Source: a virus
Lineage: Duplodnaviria > Caudoviricetes
Reading direction: 5' to 3' (one strand)
Length of the DNA stretch: 25,413 nucleotides
IMG/VR virus record: IMGVR_UViG_3300027845_000048
Coordinates: 1 to 25,413 of that record
The translations under genes were made by a program, and so were the position numbers. Shown in pieces: positions 1-8,329 of the stretch. Numbering within the stretch: the first letter of the stretch is position 1; each line of letters opens with the position of its first letter. Under the pieces are notes generated by a model. That model did no database searches, was not told where the DNA came from, and was given only the letters and a program-made list of their open reading frames with translations.

Positions 1-1
1 T

Positions 2-360
2 ACTGGCGTACAAGCGACAAGTGCAGTTGGTTCAGTAAGTGTCACTGCGATAGAGAACGTCACGGTTCAGCCTACTGGCGTACAAGCGACAAGTGCAGTA
101 GGTACGGTAACCGCTACAGCGATAGAGAACGTCACGGTTCAGCCTACTGGTGTTTCCGCCACAGCTAACATAGGCAACGTAACTGCCACAGGCTCGGCGC
201 TACTCAACCTGACCGGCGTTTCTTCTACAGGCCAAGTTGGGTCTGCTACTATCATTGGTGCGGGTACCACAACTCCGTCTGGGATCGAGGCTACAAGCGG
301 AGTTGGTACTGTAGCTATCACAGGCTCGGCGCTACTCAACCTGACCGGCGTTTCTTCTAC
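2..360 (+). repeat. Near-exact intragenic DNA duplications within the repeat protein
   Basis: actggcgtacaagcgacaagtgcagt occurs at 2 and 74 (72-nt period). acaggctcggcgctactcaacctgaccggcgtttcttctac occurs at about 188 and 320 (132 nt = two 22-aa units). Confidence 0.85.
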
Positions 361-1300
361 CGGCGCTATCGGTACTGTTAGTACCACGGGAACCGCAGAA
401 GTAAACCCGACAGGCCTTGAAGCCGCCGGAGCAGTAGGCTCAGTAACAGTTGCCGCAGATGCCCTAGTCCAGCCTACCGGCCTTGAAGCCACAGGTGCAG
501 TAGGTTCAGTAAGTGTCGCTGAGGGCACTGGAGTATTCCCGACGGGTGTAGAAGCGGCTGGCGATACCGGAATCGTTACAGTAATAGAGGGCGCGGGCGT
601 AAATGTGCCCGTATCAGGCCTTGAAGCCACAGGTGCAGTAGGCGATGCCGAAGTAACTGGAACCGCTGAAGTACAACCGTCAGGCATAGAAGCCACCAGC
701 GCAGTAGGTTCAGTAGATGTAGCAGCTGACGCTTTGATACCCGTGACCGGCGTAGGCGCATCTGGAGAGCTTGGCGAGGTTACTGTAACGTCGGATGCGA
801 CAGTTCAGCCCACAGGCCTACAAGTTGTCGGCACAATAGGTAACGTAACCGTCGTTGCCCGTGCAAACGTACAGCCTACAGGGCTTGAAGCCACAACCGC
901 AGCAGGCTCGGTAAACGTAGCCGCCTCCGCGGTTGTGGTACCGACAGGAGTGTCGGCCGCAGGTGAGTTAGGTGATGCAAATGTAACCGCATCTGGTAAC
1001 GTGTTACCTACTGGACTTAGCGCTTCGGGGCAGGTAAACTCGGTAACAATTCAGACTGTAACGCGAGTAAATCCGACAGGAGTCAGCGGAACCACTGCGT
1101 TAGGGTCAGTTACAGTCGTAGCCAGAGCTACCATAACCCCCATAGGGGTTGCTGCAACAGGGCAAACAGGCTCCCCCAATATATGGAGCTTAGTAGATGA
1201 TGAGCAAACGCCAAACTGGGTAGATGTTGAAGACGGCCAAACGGCTGACTGGACAAACGTATCGGATTCTCAGTCGCCAGACTGGGTAGACGTAGCATAG
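2..1300 (+). CDS. 5'-truncated virion repeat protein (22-24 aa TG-V-x-A-T-x-x-V-G-x-V repeats), probable fibre/whisker
   Basis: Frame 2 is open from base 2 to TAG at 1298-1300 (432 aa visible: TGVQATSAVGSVSVTAIENVTVQPTGVQATSAVG...). The track's 605 start is only an internal GTG. The C-terminus has 11-aa W-x-x-V-x-D-x-Q repeats. Confidence 0.85.
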   Translation, partial: TGVQATSAVGSVSVTAIENVTVQPTGVQATSAVGTVTATAIENVTVQPTGVSATANIGNVTATGSALLNLTGVSSTGQVGSATIIGAGTTTPSGIEATSGVGTVAITGSALLNLTGVSSTGAIGTVSTTGTAEVNPTGLEAAGAVGSVTVAADALVQPTGLEATGAVGSVSVAEGTGVFPTGVEAAGDTGIVTVIEGAGVNVPVSGLEATGAVGDAEVTGTAEVQPSGIEATSAVGSVDVAADALIPVTGVGASGELGEVTVTSDATVQPTGLQVVGTIGNVTVVARANVQPTGLEATTAAGSVNVAASAVVVPTGVSAAGELGDANVTASGNVLPTGLSASGQVNSVTIQTVTRVNPTGVSGTTALGSVTVVARATITPIGVAATGQTGSPNIWSLVDDEQTPNWVDVEDGQTADWTNVSDSQSPDWVDVA

Positions 1301-1311
1301 AGGTTTAACAA

Positions 1312-2175
1312 ATGGCAACTGGATATACAAACATTCTCAAACTAGCGCTCCCCGTATCGGGAGAGCTTGTTGGTACGTGGGGTGACACGGTAAACGACGA
1401 AATCACCCAGATGGTAGAGCAGGCTGTCGCTGGACGTGCAGTAATAGATACGTGGTCAGCTAACTCGCACACGCTCACCACAGCTAACGGGGCTACCTCA
1501 GAATCTCGCTGCGCGATTATCTACATGAGCGACACTGGTAATCAGCTGACCGGTGCCGGCACGTGTATTTGCCCTGCTGCATCTAAGATTTACGTAGTAA
1601 CTAACGCTACTGGCGAGACCATCACGTTCAAGACCGCTTCTGGTACTGGGGTGGCAATCGCGGACGACGCTACCGATGTGGTATTTTGTGACGGCACTAA
1701 TGTTTTGTCGGCAACCCCCGATACTGGCATATCCGCGGTAGTAGATGACACTAGCCCACAGCTAGGTGGCGATCTAGAAGTCAACGGCAACGACATAGTC
1801 AGTGCTTCTAATGGCAATATAGACATAGTGCCTAATGGCACAGGCGCTATAAACTTGACAGCAGACAACACCGCTTTTGGTGGCGGCGTAACTGAGACCG
1901 TGTATAGCCTATCAGGTACTGTCTTACTGCCTAGTAACGGCACGATCCAAACTAAAACACTTACCGGCAACACTACGTTGACAGACTCGCTTTCCGCCGG
2001 CCAGTTTATAACGCTCCTAGTTGACGATGGGGCAGCTTTTACCATAACGTGGCCTACTATAACGTGGGTAACTGATAGTGGCACTGCGCCTACGTTGAAC
2101 ACGTCTGGGTACACCACTATACAGCTGTGGAAAGTTGGTAGTACTCTGTATGGAGCCCGAGTGGGGGACGCCTAA
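1312..2175 (+). CDS. Tail fibre / fibre adaptor protein
   Basis: RBS AGAGG upstream. The N-terminal MATGYTNILKLALP..GTWG anchor, the DTSPQLGGDLEVNG fibre motif and the C-terminal TITWP...APTL...LWKVGSTLYG module are all typical of phage fibres. Confidence 0.75.
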   Translation: MATGYTNILKLALPVSGELVGTWGDTVNDEITQMVEQAVAGRAVIDTWSANSHTLTTANGATSESRCAIIYMSDTGNQLTGAGTCICPAASKIYVVTNATGETITFKTASGTGVAIADDATDVVFCDGTNVLSATPDTGISAVVDDTSPQLGGDLEVNGNDIVSASNGNIDIVPNGTGAINLTADNTAFGGGVTETVYSLSGTVLLPSNGTIQTKTLTGNTTLTDSLSAGQFITLLVDDGAAFTITWPTITWVTDSGTAPTLNTSGYTTIQLWKVGSTLYGARVGDA

Positions 2176-5100
2176 TGCTTCCAGACAAACTACGTGCCGC
2201 TTCTGTCCCATCCGAACCTAACGCGTGGGAGCTAGCTTTCGCTACGTATACGGGCGACGACCAAGCTACAGCCTACCTCGACATATATGGTACGGGGCCG
2301 GTAACTAGTGATCTTGTATACGCGACAATGAACTCCGCTGGGACTAAAGTGCTTGCCCTTAGAAACACGGGCATAATGTCTATAACATTATCTACTGCAT
2401 GGGATGGGGATACCTCAGTCCAATCTAGCGGACGCACCGTGGCGGAGGTTTCTAGCCTACAAGGGATAGCCGCTAAACCCGACGGCACTAAAGTATACGT
2501 GGTGGGGGGTAGTCCAGCTGCCATAGCACAATATGATTTAAGTACCGCATGGGAAATAGGTTCTGCTAGCTACGCAAACACTTTTTCGGTAGCTTCGCAG
2601 ACAAGCGACCCAGTCGGCGTAGCCTTTAAGTCCGACGGGACTAAAATGTACGTTCTTGGCGGTACTTCAGTGTATGAGTACGGCCTTAGCACCGCATGGG
2701 ACACTAGTACTGCTAGTTATTCGCAAAGCTATTCAGTAGCTGGGCAAGCAGCTACGTTCAGAAATATCTTGCTAAGCTCTGACGACACTAAAATGTACGT
2801 TTTTGGTGGCGGAGTCACTGGCGATATTTATCAGTATGCCCTAAGTACAGCTGGGGATGTAAGCACTGCATCGTTTTCTAAGCAGGCCAACATATACCCC
2901 GGATATGTCTACAACGTATTCTTTGTCTCTGATGGGAGTGAAATTTATATTAACCCTCAGAATGACTTCCAATCAATATATTTATACCCTATGGAGTTAA
3001 ACACTGCGTGGGATTTTGGTGGTTTAGAGGCAGATTTAAATTATTTGTCCGCCTCGATAAATATCATGGCGGGCATAGCTTTTAAATCTGATGGTACAAG
3101 GGTATACACCGTACAATATAACAGCACCGCGATAAAAGAGTACACTTTAAGCACAGCGTGGGATCTCGGCACGGCAACTTATGTCGGGTTTAGGACTATG
3201 ACCGCAGATTCTTCGTTATTCGGTATTACGTTCAAGCCCGACGGTACTAAAGCATATTTAGTTGGACGCTCAACTCCCGGGGTATACGAGTGTAATCTCA
3301 GCACCGCGTGGGATTTGTCTACGCTAAGTTATTCGCAGGTGTTGCTGACATCTGCGCAGGACACTGGCCCAATGGCGGTGGCGTTTAAGCCTGACGGTAC
3401 AAAACTATACGTGACGGGATCTACTGCGGATGCTATTTACGAATACGACCTTAGTACCGCGTGGGATGTGTCCACTGCTAGCTTTCAACAATCATTGTCT
3501 GTGTCCAGTGCTACTACTACGCCAGCAGGGCTAGTGTTTAAGCCAGACGGCACTACGATGCTGCTGTTGGGTAGGGAAAGTGCTTCCACTGACTACGACA
3601 AAGTAATAGAGTATGGCCTTAGCACGGCATGGGATGTATCTACTGCTACGGTAACTCAAACCAGCGGGACTTTTTCTTACTTGATAACCTCTTTTGGTAT
3701 GGCCGCATCTTCTGATGGCACTCAGTTATTTATCCAATCTAACTCAACAAAGAATGTCTCTGGCTTAGAAGTAGATAGTGTCTATAGTGTACAGACAATT
3801 GAGTTGGACAATGCTTGGGAGGTAGATCGACCTGCGCTACTCCCAAGATTATCCGGCGATGGGCCGTTCACTACCTATGCCGCAGGCCCGACATTCCTAG
3901 CGATAAAGTCAGACGGCACTGAGCTATACGCGAAATCGGCTAACCCCGCCTTCATATACACCTATGCTTTAAGCACAGCAGGAGACATATCTACTGGCAC
4001 GTTAGTTAGTATTGCAGAACTGGATGTAGCCGGTGTTGGTTTTGCTTTTAAGTCTGACGGCACTAAACTGTACCTTGGGTACCAAGCTGGCGCAGACTCC
4101 GTGCGAGAATACAACCTTAGTACCGCATGGGATGTATCTACCGCGACTTTATTTCAGTCTGAGGATTTATCCGCAAACGTAACCCGCATACAGGGGCTGA
4201 CGTTTAAGCCTGATGGCACTAAAATGTTTGTGACAGATGACGCAGAGGACGTTGTACTAGAGTACACTTTAAGTACTGCATGGGATGTATCTACCGCGAC
4301 TTTTGTGCGTAAAGTAGACGTTACAACATCCGGGCATGCTACGCCGAAGGATATAGCATTTACTTCCTCGGGGACGACGTTACTTTTGGCAGATACACAA
4401 TCCCCAGCACTCCTTTATTTTTCTTTGGGGGAGGCGTGGAATTTAGGTACGATGTCTTTTGTTGGCGATGTACCTTTGTACGTTTTCTCTAATCCAGCGG
4501 GCGTCGTTTTCAACGCTGATTCTTCCCAGCTCTATACTTCCGCAAGAACCAATCTCAGCACTTGGAACATTGTACAGTCTATAGACATCCCGACTCCGGG
4601 CGATGTCACTTCTATACAGGGCAGGCAGCTGTCGCTATCGGGCATAGAAGCTAATCCGCAGGGTGTGTACGTCAAACCGGATGGCACTAAACTCTACGCG
4701 GTGGGCAGTAGCCTAGACTCCGTGCGAGAATACGACCTCAGCACCGCGTGGGATATAAGCACCGCTAGTTTTGTTCAGAGCTTCTCCGTTCTCACCCAAG
4801 ATAACAACCCAAGAGACATATTTTTTAAGCCTGATGGCAATAAAATGTATATCTGCGGGGATCAAAACGACGATGTATATGAGTACGATTTAAGTACTTC
4901 GTGGGATATAAGCACCGCTAGTTTCCTACAGTCCGCGGATATAGTTAGTTCTTGTGGAGGCCTTTACATAAAGCCGGACGGCACTAAGTTGTATATTTCG
5001 CGGCTTGACGACGTTTACGAGTACACACTAAGTACGGCATGGGACGTATCCACGTTGACGTACACTACATTTGAACCTGATAGCGACTGGGCTAATTTAA

Positions 5101-5321
5101 GCGCCCTATCCTTTAAGCCTGATGGCACTAAGATGTACGTCTCAGGTAATCCCACCAATCTTACCGAATACGACCTAAGTACAGCGTGGGACTTAACTAC
5201 GTTAACAAAAGTCTATGATTATGGAAGTAATTGTGTCGGCCTATCTTTCAGGTCAACCGGCTTAACATTTATTATCGTAGACGGTGGAATTGATTCATTA
5301 ATACAGTTAGACATAACATAG
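2175..5321 (+). CDS. Large beta-propeller repeat protein (20 x FKPDGTK...YxLSTAWD), putative receptor-binding protein
   Basis: 1048 aa, coupled to the fibre gene by a TAATG overlap. About 50-aa repeats with K[PS]DGTK and LSTAWD motifs, 20 counted. Confidence 0.8.
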   Translation: MLPDKLRAASVPSEPNAWELAFATYTGDDQATAYLDIYGTGPVTSDLVYATMNSAGTKVLALRNTGIMSITLSTAWDGDTSVQSSGRTVAEVSSLQGIAAKPDGTKVYVVGGSPAAIAQYDLSTAWEIGSASYANTFSVASQTSDPVGVAFKSDGTKMYVLGGTSVYEYGLSTAWDTSTASYSQSYSVAGQAATFRNILLSSDDTKMYVFGGGVTGDIYQYALSTAGDVSTASFSKQANIYPGYVYNVFFVSDGSEIYINPQNDFQSIYLYPMELNTAWDFGGLEADLNYLSASINIMAGIAFKSDGTRVYTVQYNSTAIKEYTLSTAWDLGTATYVGFRTMTADSSLFGITFKPDGTKAYLVGRSTPGVYECNLSTAWDLSTLSYSQVLLTSAQDTGPMAVAFKPDGTKLYVTGSTADAIYEYDLSTAWDVSTASFQQSLSVSSATTTPAGLVFKPDGTTMLLLGRESASTDYDKVIEYGLSTAWDVSTATVTQTSGTFSYLITSFGMAASSDGTQLFIQSNSTKNVSGLEVDSVYSVQTIELDNAWEVDRPALLPRLSGDGPFTTYAAGPTFLAIKSDGTELYAKSANPAFIYTYALSTAGDISTGTLVSIAELDVAGVGFAFKSDGTKLYLGYQAGADSVREYNLSTAWDVSTATLFQSEDLSANVTRIQGLTFKPDGTKMFVTDDAEDVVLEYTLSTAWDVSTATFVRKVDVTTSGHATPKDIAFTSSGTTLLLADTQSPALLYFSLGEAWNLGTMSFVGDVPLYVFSNPAGVVFNADSSQLYTSARTNLSTWNIVQSIDIPTPGDVTSIQGRQLSLSGIEANPQGVYVKPDGTKLYAVGSSLDSVREYDLSTAWDISTASFVQSFSVLTQDNNPRDIFFKPDGNKMYICGDQNDDVYEYDLSTSWDISTASFLQSADIVSSCGGLYIKPDGTKLYISRLDDVYEYTLSTAWDVSTLTYTTFEPDSDWANLSALSFKPDGTKMYVSGNPTNLTEYDLSTAWDLTTLTKVYDYGSNCVGLSFRSTGLTFIIVDGGIDSLIQLDIT

Positions 5322-5331
5322 TGGAGTTATC

Positions 5332-5763
5332 ATGTATATAAAACTGTCTGGCAACCAGATAACTAATTTTCCGTACTCACTAGGGGATCTGCAGCTGGAA
5401 CATGCCAATGTTTCCTTCCCAAAACCTGTACCCGAAGCTGTGCTGGCCGAATACGGGGTATATAAAGTACACTCTACTCCCGCACCTTCATTTGATGCTT
5501 ATGTGGAGACCCTACGACAGGCTTTACCCGAGCTGCAGGTGGGTCGGTGGGAACAGTCTTGGCGTGTCACTAGGCTAGAGCAGTCTGTAGCAGAGCGTAA
5601 TGTACGCGCTAGACGAGACGGCTTGTTGTCTGACTCAGACTGGACTCAGGTAGCTGATGCGCCGGTCGATCAAGCTGCGTGGGCCGTATACCGCCAAGCA
5701 CTGCGAGACATTACCGATCAGGAAGGATTCCCCTATTCAGTTAACTGGCCTACGGCCCCGTAA
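5332..5763 (+). CDS. Tail fibre assembly chaperone (Phage_tail_APC-like)
   Basis: RBS GGAG. C-terminal VRARRDGLLSDSDWTQ...WAVYRQALRDI..Q.GFP..V.WP..P is the family signature. Confidence 0.85.
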   Translation: MYIKLSGNQITNFPYSLGDLQLEHANVSFPKPVPEAVLAEYGVYKVHSTPAPSFDAYVETLRQALPELQVGRWEQSWRVTRLEQSVAERNVRARRDGLLSDSDWTQVADAPVDQAAWAVYRQALRDITDQEGFPYSVNWPTAP

Positions 5764-5779
5764 TAAGTAAGGATACACC

Positions 5780-6115
5780 ATGCCCGCAACTGAAATACAG
5801 CTGGCCCAACTCGAGAGCAAGCTCAACGCTACTGCTAACGATGTAAGCGACATTAAGGGTGTAATGAGCAGCATAGATAAGTCACTGCAAAAGCTCACCA
5901 TTCTTGAAGAGAGGCACGCTCAGACACGCCAAAGTTCAGAACGCGCGCACCAACGAATTGATGAGGTTGAAGACACACTCAAAGATGAGATTAAGGGGCA
6001 CGAGAAGCGCATTCAGAACTTAGAGCTGCACGATGCCAAGGGACTATGGGTTGAACGCGTTGTGTGGGTTGCGGTCGCGGGTATAATCGCCGCTATCATT
6101 AAGATGGGCCTATAA
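5780..6115 (+). CDS. Coiled-coil protein with C-terminal TM helix (XhlA-like lysis/holin accessory)
   Basis: RBS TAAGGA. Heptad-rich N-terminal region, single C-terminal hydrophobic helix VVWVAVAGIIAAII, directly before the holin. Confidence 0.6.
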   Translation: MPATEIQLAQLESKLNATANDVSDIKGVMSSIDKSLQKLTILEERHAQTRQSSERAHQRIDEVEDTLKDEIKGHEKRIQNLELHDAKGLWVERVVWVAVAGIIAAIIKMGL

Positions 6116-6116
6116 T

Positions 6117-6494
6117 ATGAACTTGTTATCACTGATTGACCCAATCTCTACGTTGCTGGATAAAGTAATCCCAGACAAAGATCAGCGCGATAAGCTAGCG
6201 CACGAAATAGCAACACTATCAACCAAGCAGGCACACGAAATTGCTTTACAGCAGATTGAAGTCAACAAAGCGGAGGCTCGCGGCAACTTTTGGCAGTCAG
6301 GCTGGCGACCGGCCACTGGCTGGGTTTGTGTGCTTGGCTTTGGGATCAATTTTCTTATCTCACCTATTGCTAGTGCTTTTGGTGTTCACATACCACAAGC
6401 TGACACTGGGGTGATGTTGCCCGTACTTATGGGCATGCTCGGTCTCGGCGCAATGCGCACTGTAGAAAAAACCAAAGGTGTAGCAAAACAATAA
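6117..6494 (+). CDS. Holin, 3-TM gene-transfer-agent holin family
   Basis: LLDKVIPDKD...QIEVNKAEA..WQSGWRPATGWVC signature, followed by hydrophobic helices and GMLGLGAMRTVEK. Confidence 0.85.
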   Translation: MNLLSLIDPISTLLDKVIPDKDQRDKLAHEIATLSTKQAHEIALQQIEVNKAEARGNFWQSGWRPATGWVCVLGFGINFLISPIASAFGVHIPQADTGVMLPVLMGMLGLGAMRTVEKTKGVAKQ

Positions 6495-6508
6495 ATGCAG
6501 GAGGCACC

Positions 6509-7687
6509 ATGCCTAGTAGATACGCAGCTCTCACGGAAGAGCATGTAAATTACTGCAACACTCAGAAACAAAAAGATCTAGTAAACGCATATCTTGAGTA
6601 TGGATCTGTGCGGAAGATCTCTAGGCAACTAGGGGTGGATACGTCTAATATATGTAGAGCCTTAAAGACGGTTCTAGCCCACGCAGCTCGTCAGGGGTAT
6701 GCACCGGACAACGACCTGAATCACCCCACGCCAGACGGCTATGCTGTCAAGGGCGTATCTACGTACTACAACGAAGATGGCAAAATAACCGGTCAGTGGG
6801 TTAAAACTCAGACCGACCAAGCGCGTCAGATCGAGATGCTCATTGAGCGACTGGAGACAGGCTCGACTAACTTCAAGGCGTTTAAGCCCACAAAGGCGCC
6901 TAAGACTACCGACAAGTCGCTACTCTCCCTGCTGACTATTACGGACTTTCACTTGGGTATGTACGCCTACGAGGCCGAGACAGGTGACAATTGGGACACT
7001 GACATCGCTCGACAAGTATTTCTCGATGCAATCCACCAGATGGTAGACGCAGCGCCCAAGGCACACTACGGCATGCTCAACCAGCTAGGAGACTTCCTGC
7101 ACTGGGACGGCATCCTTGCAGTGACACCTCAATCTGGCCACGTACTCGATGCGGACACGCGATATAGTAAGTTGGTTGAGCTTACTATGGACATCATGGT
7201 TGAGGCTATACGCATCATGCTGGCCAAGTTTGGAGAAGTATTTGTCGTACAGGCTGAGGGCAACCACGACATCAGTGGGTCTATCTGGCTACGCAAGCAT
7301 ATCAAGCACATGTTTAAGGATGAGCCACGCGTATCGGTAATAGACAACGACTTCCCGTTTTATGCCCACCTACACGGCAAGTGCATGCTCGGCTTTCACC
7401 ACGGCCACAAAGTCAAGATGCAGCAGTTACAGCGCGTGTTCTCTAGCGAACCTAGGTTTCGACGTATGTGGGGACAAGCCGACTATTCGTACATTCACTG
7501 CGGTCACTTTCACCACGAGCGCGTTGTCGAGGATGGCGGTGCCATAGTAGAACAGCACCCAAGCCTGTCAGGCCGTGACGCCTATGCAGCTAGGGGTGGC
7601 TGGGTATCGGCAAGAGGTGCTAAGATAATCACTTATCACGAGACCGATGGCGAAGTGCATAGAACAACTGTCCGTCCTAGACTATAA
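6509..7687 (+). CDS. Calcineurin-like metallophosphoesterase with N-terminal HTH
   Basis: RBS AGGAGG. All five motifs are present in order: DFH, GDFLHWD, GNHD, HHGH, GHFHH. N-terminal YGSVRKISRQLGVDTSNICRAL is HTH-like. Confidence 0.85.
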   Translation: MPSRYAALTEEHVNYCNTQKQKDLVNAYLEYGSVRKISRQLGVDTSNICRALKTVLAHAARQGYAPDNDLNHPTPDGYAVKGVSTYYNEDGKITGQWVKTQTDQARQIEMLIERLETGSTNFKAFKPTKAPKTTDKSLLSLLTITDFHLGMYAYEAETGDNWDTDIARQVFLDAIHQMVDAAPKAHYGMLNQLGDFLHWDGILAVTPQSGHVLDADTRYSKLVELTMDIMVEAIRIMLAKFGEVFVVQAEGNHDISGSIWLRKHIKHMFKDEPRVSVIDNDFPFYAHLHGKCMLGFHHGHKVKMQQLQRVFSSEPRFRRMWGQADYSYIHCGHFHHERVVEDGGAIVEQHPSLSGRDAYAARGGWVSARGAKIITYHETDGEVHRTTVRPRL

Positions 7688-7706
7688 TGTGTTAGAGTAA
7701 GATACC

Positions 7707-8114
7707 ATGATAACTGTAATGTTGGAGAAGCGCGGCTCTGACGATTTTGGGAGTGGCGAATTTGGCGCTTCTCGCGGAAGCCGGACGCATAAGGGGATAG
7801 ACTATACGGCACCTGCGGGTGCTGAATTGATATCCCCCGTAGACGGAGAGGTGACTAAACTTGGCTACCCATACGCTAGCGACTTATCTTTTAGGTACGT
7901 TGAGGTTACTGACACTGATGGTATTCGCCATCGTATGTTTTACGTTAGTCCTGACGTTGCCGTTGGTGATTCCGTTAGCCGACAAGATCCAATCGGCAAG
8001 GTGCAGGATATTGCCGGTAAGTACAACACTGACACACGAAAAATGAAGAACCACGTCCACTACGAGATTATCGTGTGGGGCGAATATGTAAACCCCGAGG
8101 AGTTTTGGGCATGA
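7707..8114 (+). CDS. M23 family Zn peptidase (LECT2-like), probable endolysin
   Basis: HKGID (HxxxD) and HVH (HxH) Zn ligands. Catalytic domain only, no signal peptide, located downstream of the holin. Confidence 0.85.
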   Translation: MITVMLEKRGSDDFGSGEFGASRGSRTHKGIDYTAPAGAELISPVDGEVTKLGYPYASDLSFRYVEVTDTDGIRHRMFYVSPDVAVGDSVSRQDPIGKVQDIAGKYNTDTRKMKNHVHYEIIVWGEYVNPEEFWA

Positions 8115-8320
8115 AAGTAAGTAACGAAGCTAAAAAAGTTGGCGGCACGATTATCCCTGAGCACGACATCGAGGTCGTGTGCTCTAACTGCGGATATGAT
8201 GTGGACGAAACAGAGCTGGACGCGGATACTTGCTCAGACTGTGGGCAGCCACTTAACCTACGCCAAAACGTCGCTATTCGTGTAACTACGCTGCCCCCGA
8301 TCCTTGGCGACACTATGTAA
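8111..8320 (+). CDS. Small Zn-ribbon protein (CxxC...CxxC), 69 aa
   Basis: The likely start is ATG 8111 (ATGA overlap with the M23 stop, GAGGAG RBS at 8098-8102) rather than 8075. Motifs CSNC and CSDC. Confidence 0.75.
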   Translation: MKVSNEAKKVGGTIIPEHDIEVVCSNCGYDVDETELDADTCSDCGQPLNLRQNVAIRVTTLPPILGDTM

Positions 8321-8329
8321 GGAGGCGGT

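Noticed and set aside
605-607. GTG start of the first ORF
   Set aside because: The same frame and repeat pattern continue upstream to base 2, so the true start lies outside the window.
7149-7547. Two out-of-frame ORFs inside the phosphoesterase gene
   Set aside because: No RBS, no valid lipobox and no codon anomaly; the host frame is tightly constrained by catalytic motifs.
6111-7688. Perfect TATAAT hexamers at 6111 and 7683
   Set aside because: Both arise from CTA-TAA (Leu-stop) junctions and have no convincing -35 or TG extension.
7861-8046. Hydrophobic out-of-frame ORF inside the M23 gene as a possible nested spanin
   Set aside because: TTG start, no valid lipobox (AIVC), and the hydrophobicity is explained by the host frame's T-ending codons.
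8075-8110. Longer GTG start for the Zn-ribbon gene
   Set aside because: ATG 8111 has a GAGGAG RBS and an ATGA coupling overlap; the extension lies inside the M23 gene.
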